Below, piece after piece: positions 62,800-64,000 of a stretch of DNA of 64,000 nucleotides. Both the position numbers and the translations under genes were made by a program. Origin of the DNA: Macrostomum lignano (Eukaryota). Location: NCBI GenBank assembly GCA_002269645.1, contig NIVC01000650.1, positions 1 through 64,000 on the forward strand, in the 5' to 3' direction. Below the pieces are notes generated by a model. That model was given only the letters and a program-made list of their open reading frames with translations, made no database searches and was not told where the DNA came from. The first letter of the stretch is position 1. Every line of letters begins with the position of its first letter.

Positions 62800-64000
62800 G
62801 AGTGCCTGCTTTTGCAGTCTTGTCGACTGCATTCCAAAAGGCTGCCATTGTCACGTCTACCTGTGATTTATGGCCATCGTCTAGCAAGCACTGATAGTGG
62901 AAGCAGTGGCGGCAATGCTGCCCCAAATAGATTGAATAATGCCTCAGCTAAGTCTTTATTCTTGTGTGGTCAGGAGTTCGAATCTGATGACTATACAAAT
63001 CTAACTGATCGAATTATTGAACAGGTTAACTGTGGACTGCACAGGCAACGGGGCCATCCGCTGTGGCTGCTGACTAACAGAATTGTGGGCCACTTCAATG
63101 CCAACTATACTAGGTTTGTCCTTGGCAGATAATATATTAATTTATGGTCGCCAAAACTCCATTCAAGATATCAATCCCATGTCACCACAATAGTACACTG
63201 AAGTTGTTAATCCCCTGTCACAACAAAAGTACACTCAAGCTATCAACCCCCTGTAACCAGAAAAGTACACTCAAGTTAATAATCCCCTGTCATCACAAAA
63301 GTACACGCAAGCTATAAATCCCGTCACCACAAAAGTACACTCAATGTATAAATCCCATCACCACAAAAGTATATTCAATGTATAAATCCCGTCACCACAA
63401 AAGTACATTCAATGTATAAATTCTGTCACCACAAAAGTACACTCAATGTATAAATTCTGTCACCGCAAAAGTACACTCAATGCATAAATCCCGTCTGAAC
63501 CACAAAAGTACTGAACTTATAAATCCCCAGGCGCCACAAAAGTACACTCAAGTTATAAATCCTGTCACCAAAAAAGTACACGCAAGTTATAAATCCCGTC
63601 ACCACAAAAGTACACTTGAGTTAATAATCATCTGTCATCACAAAAGTACACTCAATTCATTAATCCCGTCACCACAAATGTACACTCAATTTATCATTGC
63701 CTGTCACTCACTGTCAGTATAAAAGTACTGGTACACTCGAGATATATATCCCCTGTCACTACAAAAGTACACTCATGATATCAGCCATCTAATTGTGTGT
63801 ACATACACAATTCTTAGTACCCTACATATCCCGAATGTACGCGGAAATACCAGAACCAATGCAGCTTAAAACTAAAGTACAACTTTTTTATAACCATCTA
63901 AAAATTGGTAACCCTAAACCCTCCAATCGAATCCGCAGGTCCCGCTCCCGACCGCTATTCACAGTGGTGGACAATCTGTCGCCAATAGTGACTCCCGAGC
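62800..64000 (+). CDS. FARS2: Mitochondrial phenylalanyl-tRNA synthetase, 5' part; exons 62800 (or ATG 62773)-63113 and 63939->64000
   Basis: DDYTNLTDRI..GLHRQRGHPLWLL..HF then R|SRSRPLFTVVDNLSPIVT matches the FARS2 N-terminal pattern as recalled. The phase-2 GT-AG intron 63114-63938 keeps the frame. Confidence 0.88.
63170..63785. repeat. About 34-bp degenerate minisatellite (AATCCCGTCACCACAAAAGTACACTCAATGTATA)n in the FARS2 intron
   Basis: About 17 variable units. Confidence 0.9.

Overview
Eukaryotic (animal) genomic DNA, not prokaryotic: spliceosomal GT-AG introns, GC-rich exons, AT-rich TE-laden intergenic DNA and TTAGGG repeats. The style suggests a free-living flatworm such as Macrostomum; that is an inference, not shown by the sequence. 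All gene models were built by hand from splice sites and frame continuity. Six protein-coding genes: a candidate amidated neuropeptide precursor with its own TATA/CCAAT promoter (- strand), a TRAF-family gene, SLC17A9 (VNUT), DAP3/MRPS29, an unknown His/Gln-rich nuclear-type protein, and the 5' part of FARS2. The rest is nested mobile DNA: two 5'-truncated RT-RNase H LINEs with TSDs, three mariner relics, several MITEs, a solo LTR, and a non-autonomous Helitron family that carries satellites, a tRNA-like motif and telomeric repeats. About 20 different mini/microsatellites occur; all 8 modelled introns of the four right-hand genes each carry a different array. The right half contains long CpG-free stretches enriched in the palindrome TAGGCCTA. 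No CRISPR array, rRNA or intact tRNA was seen.
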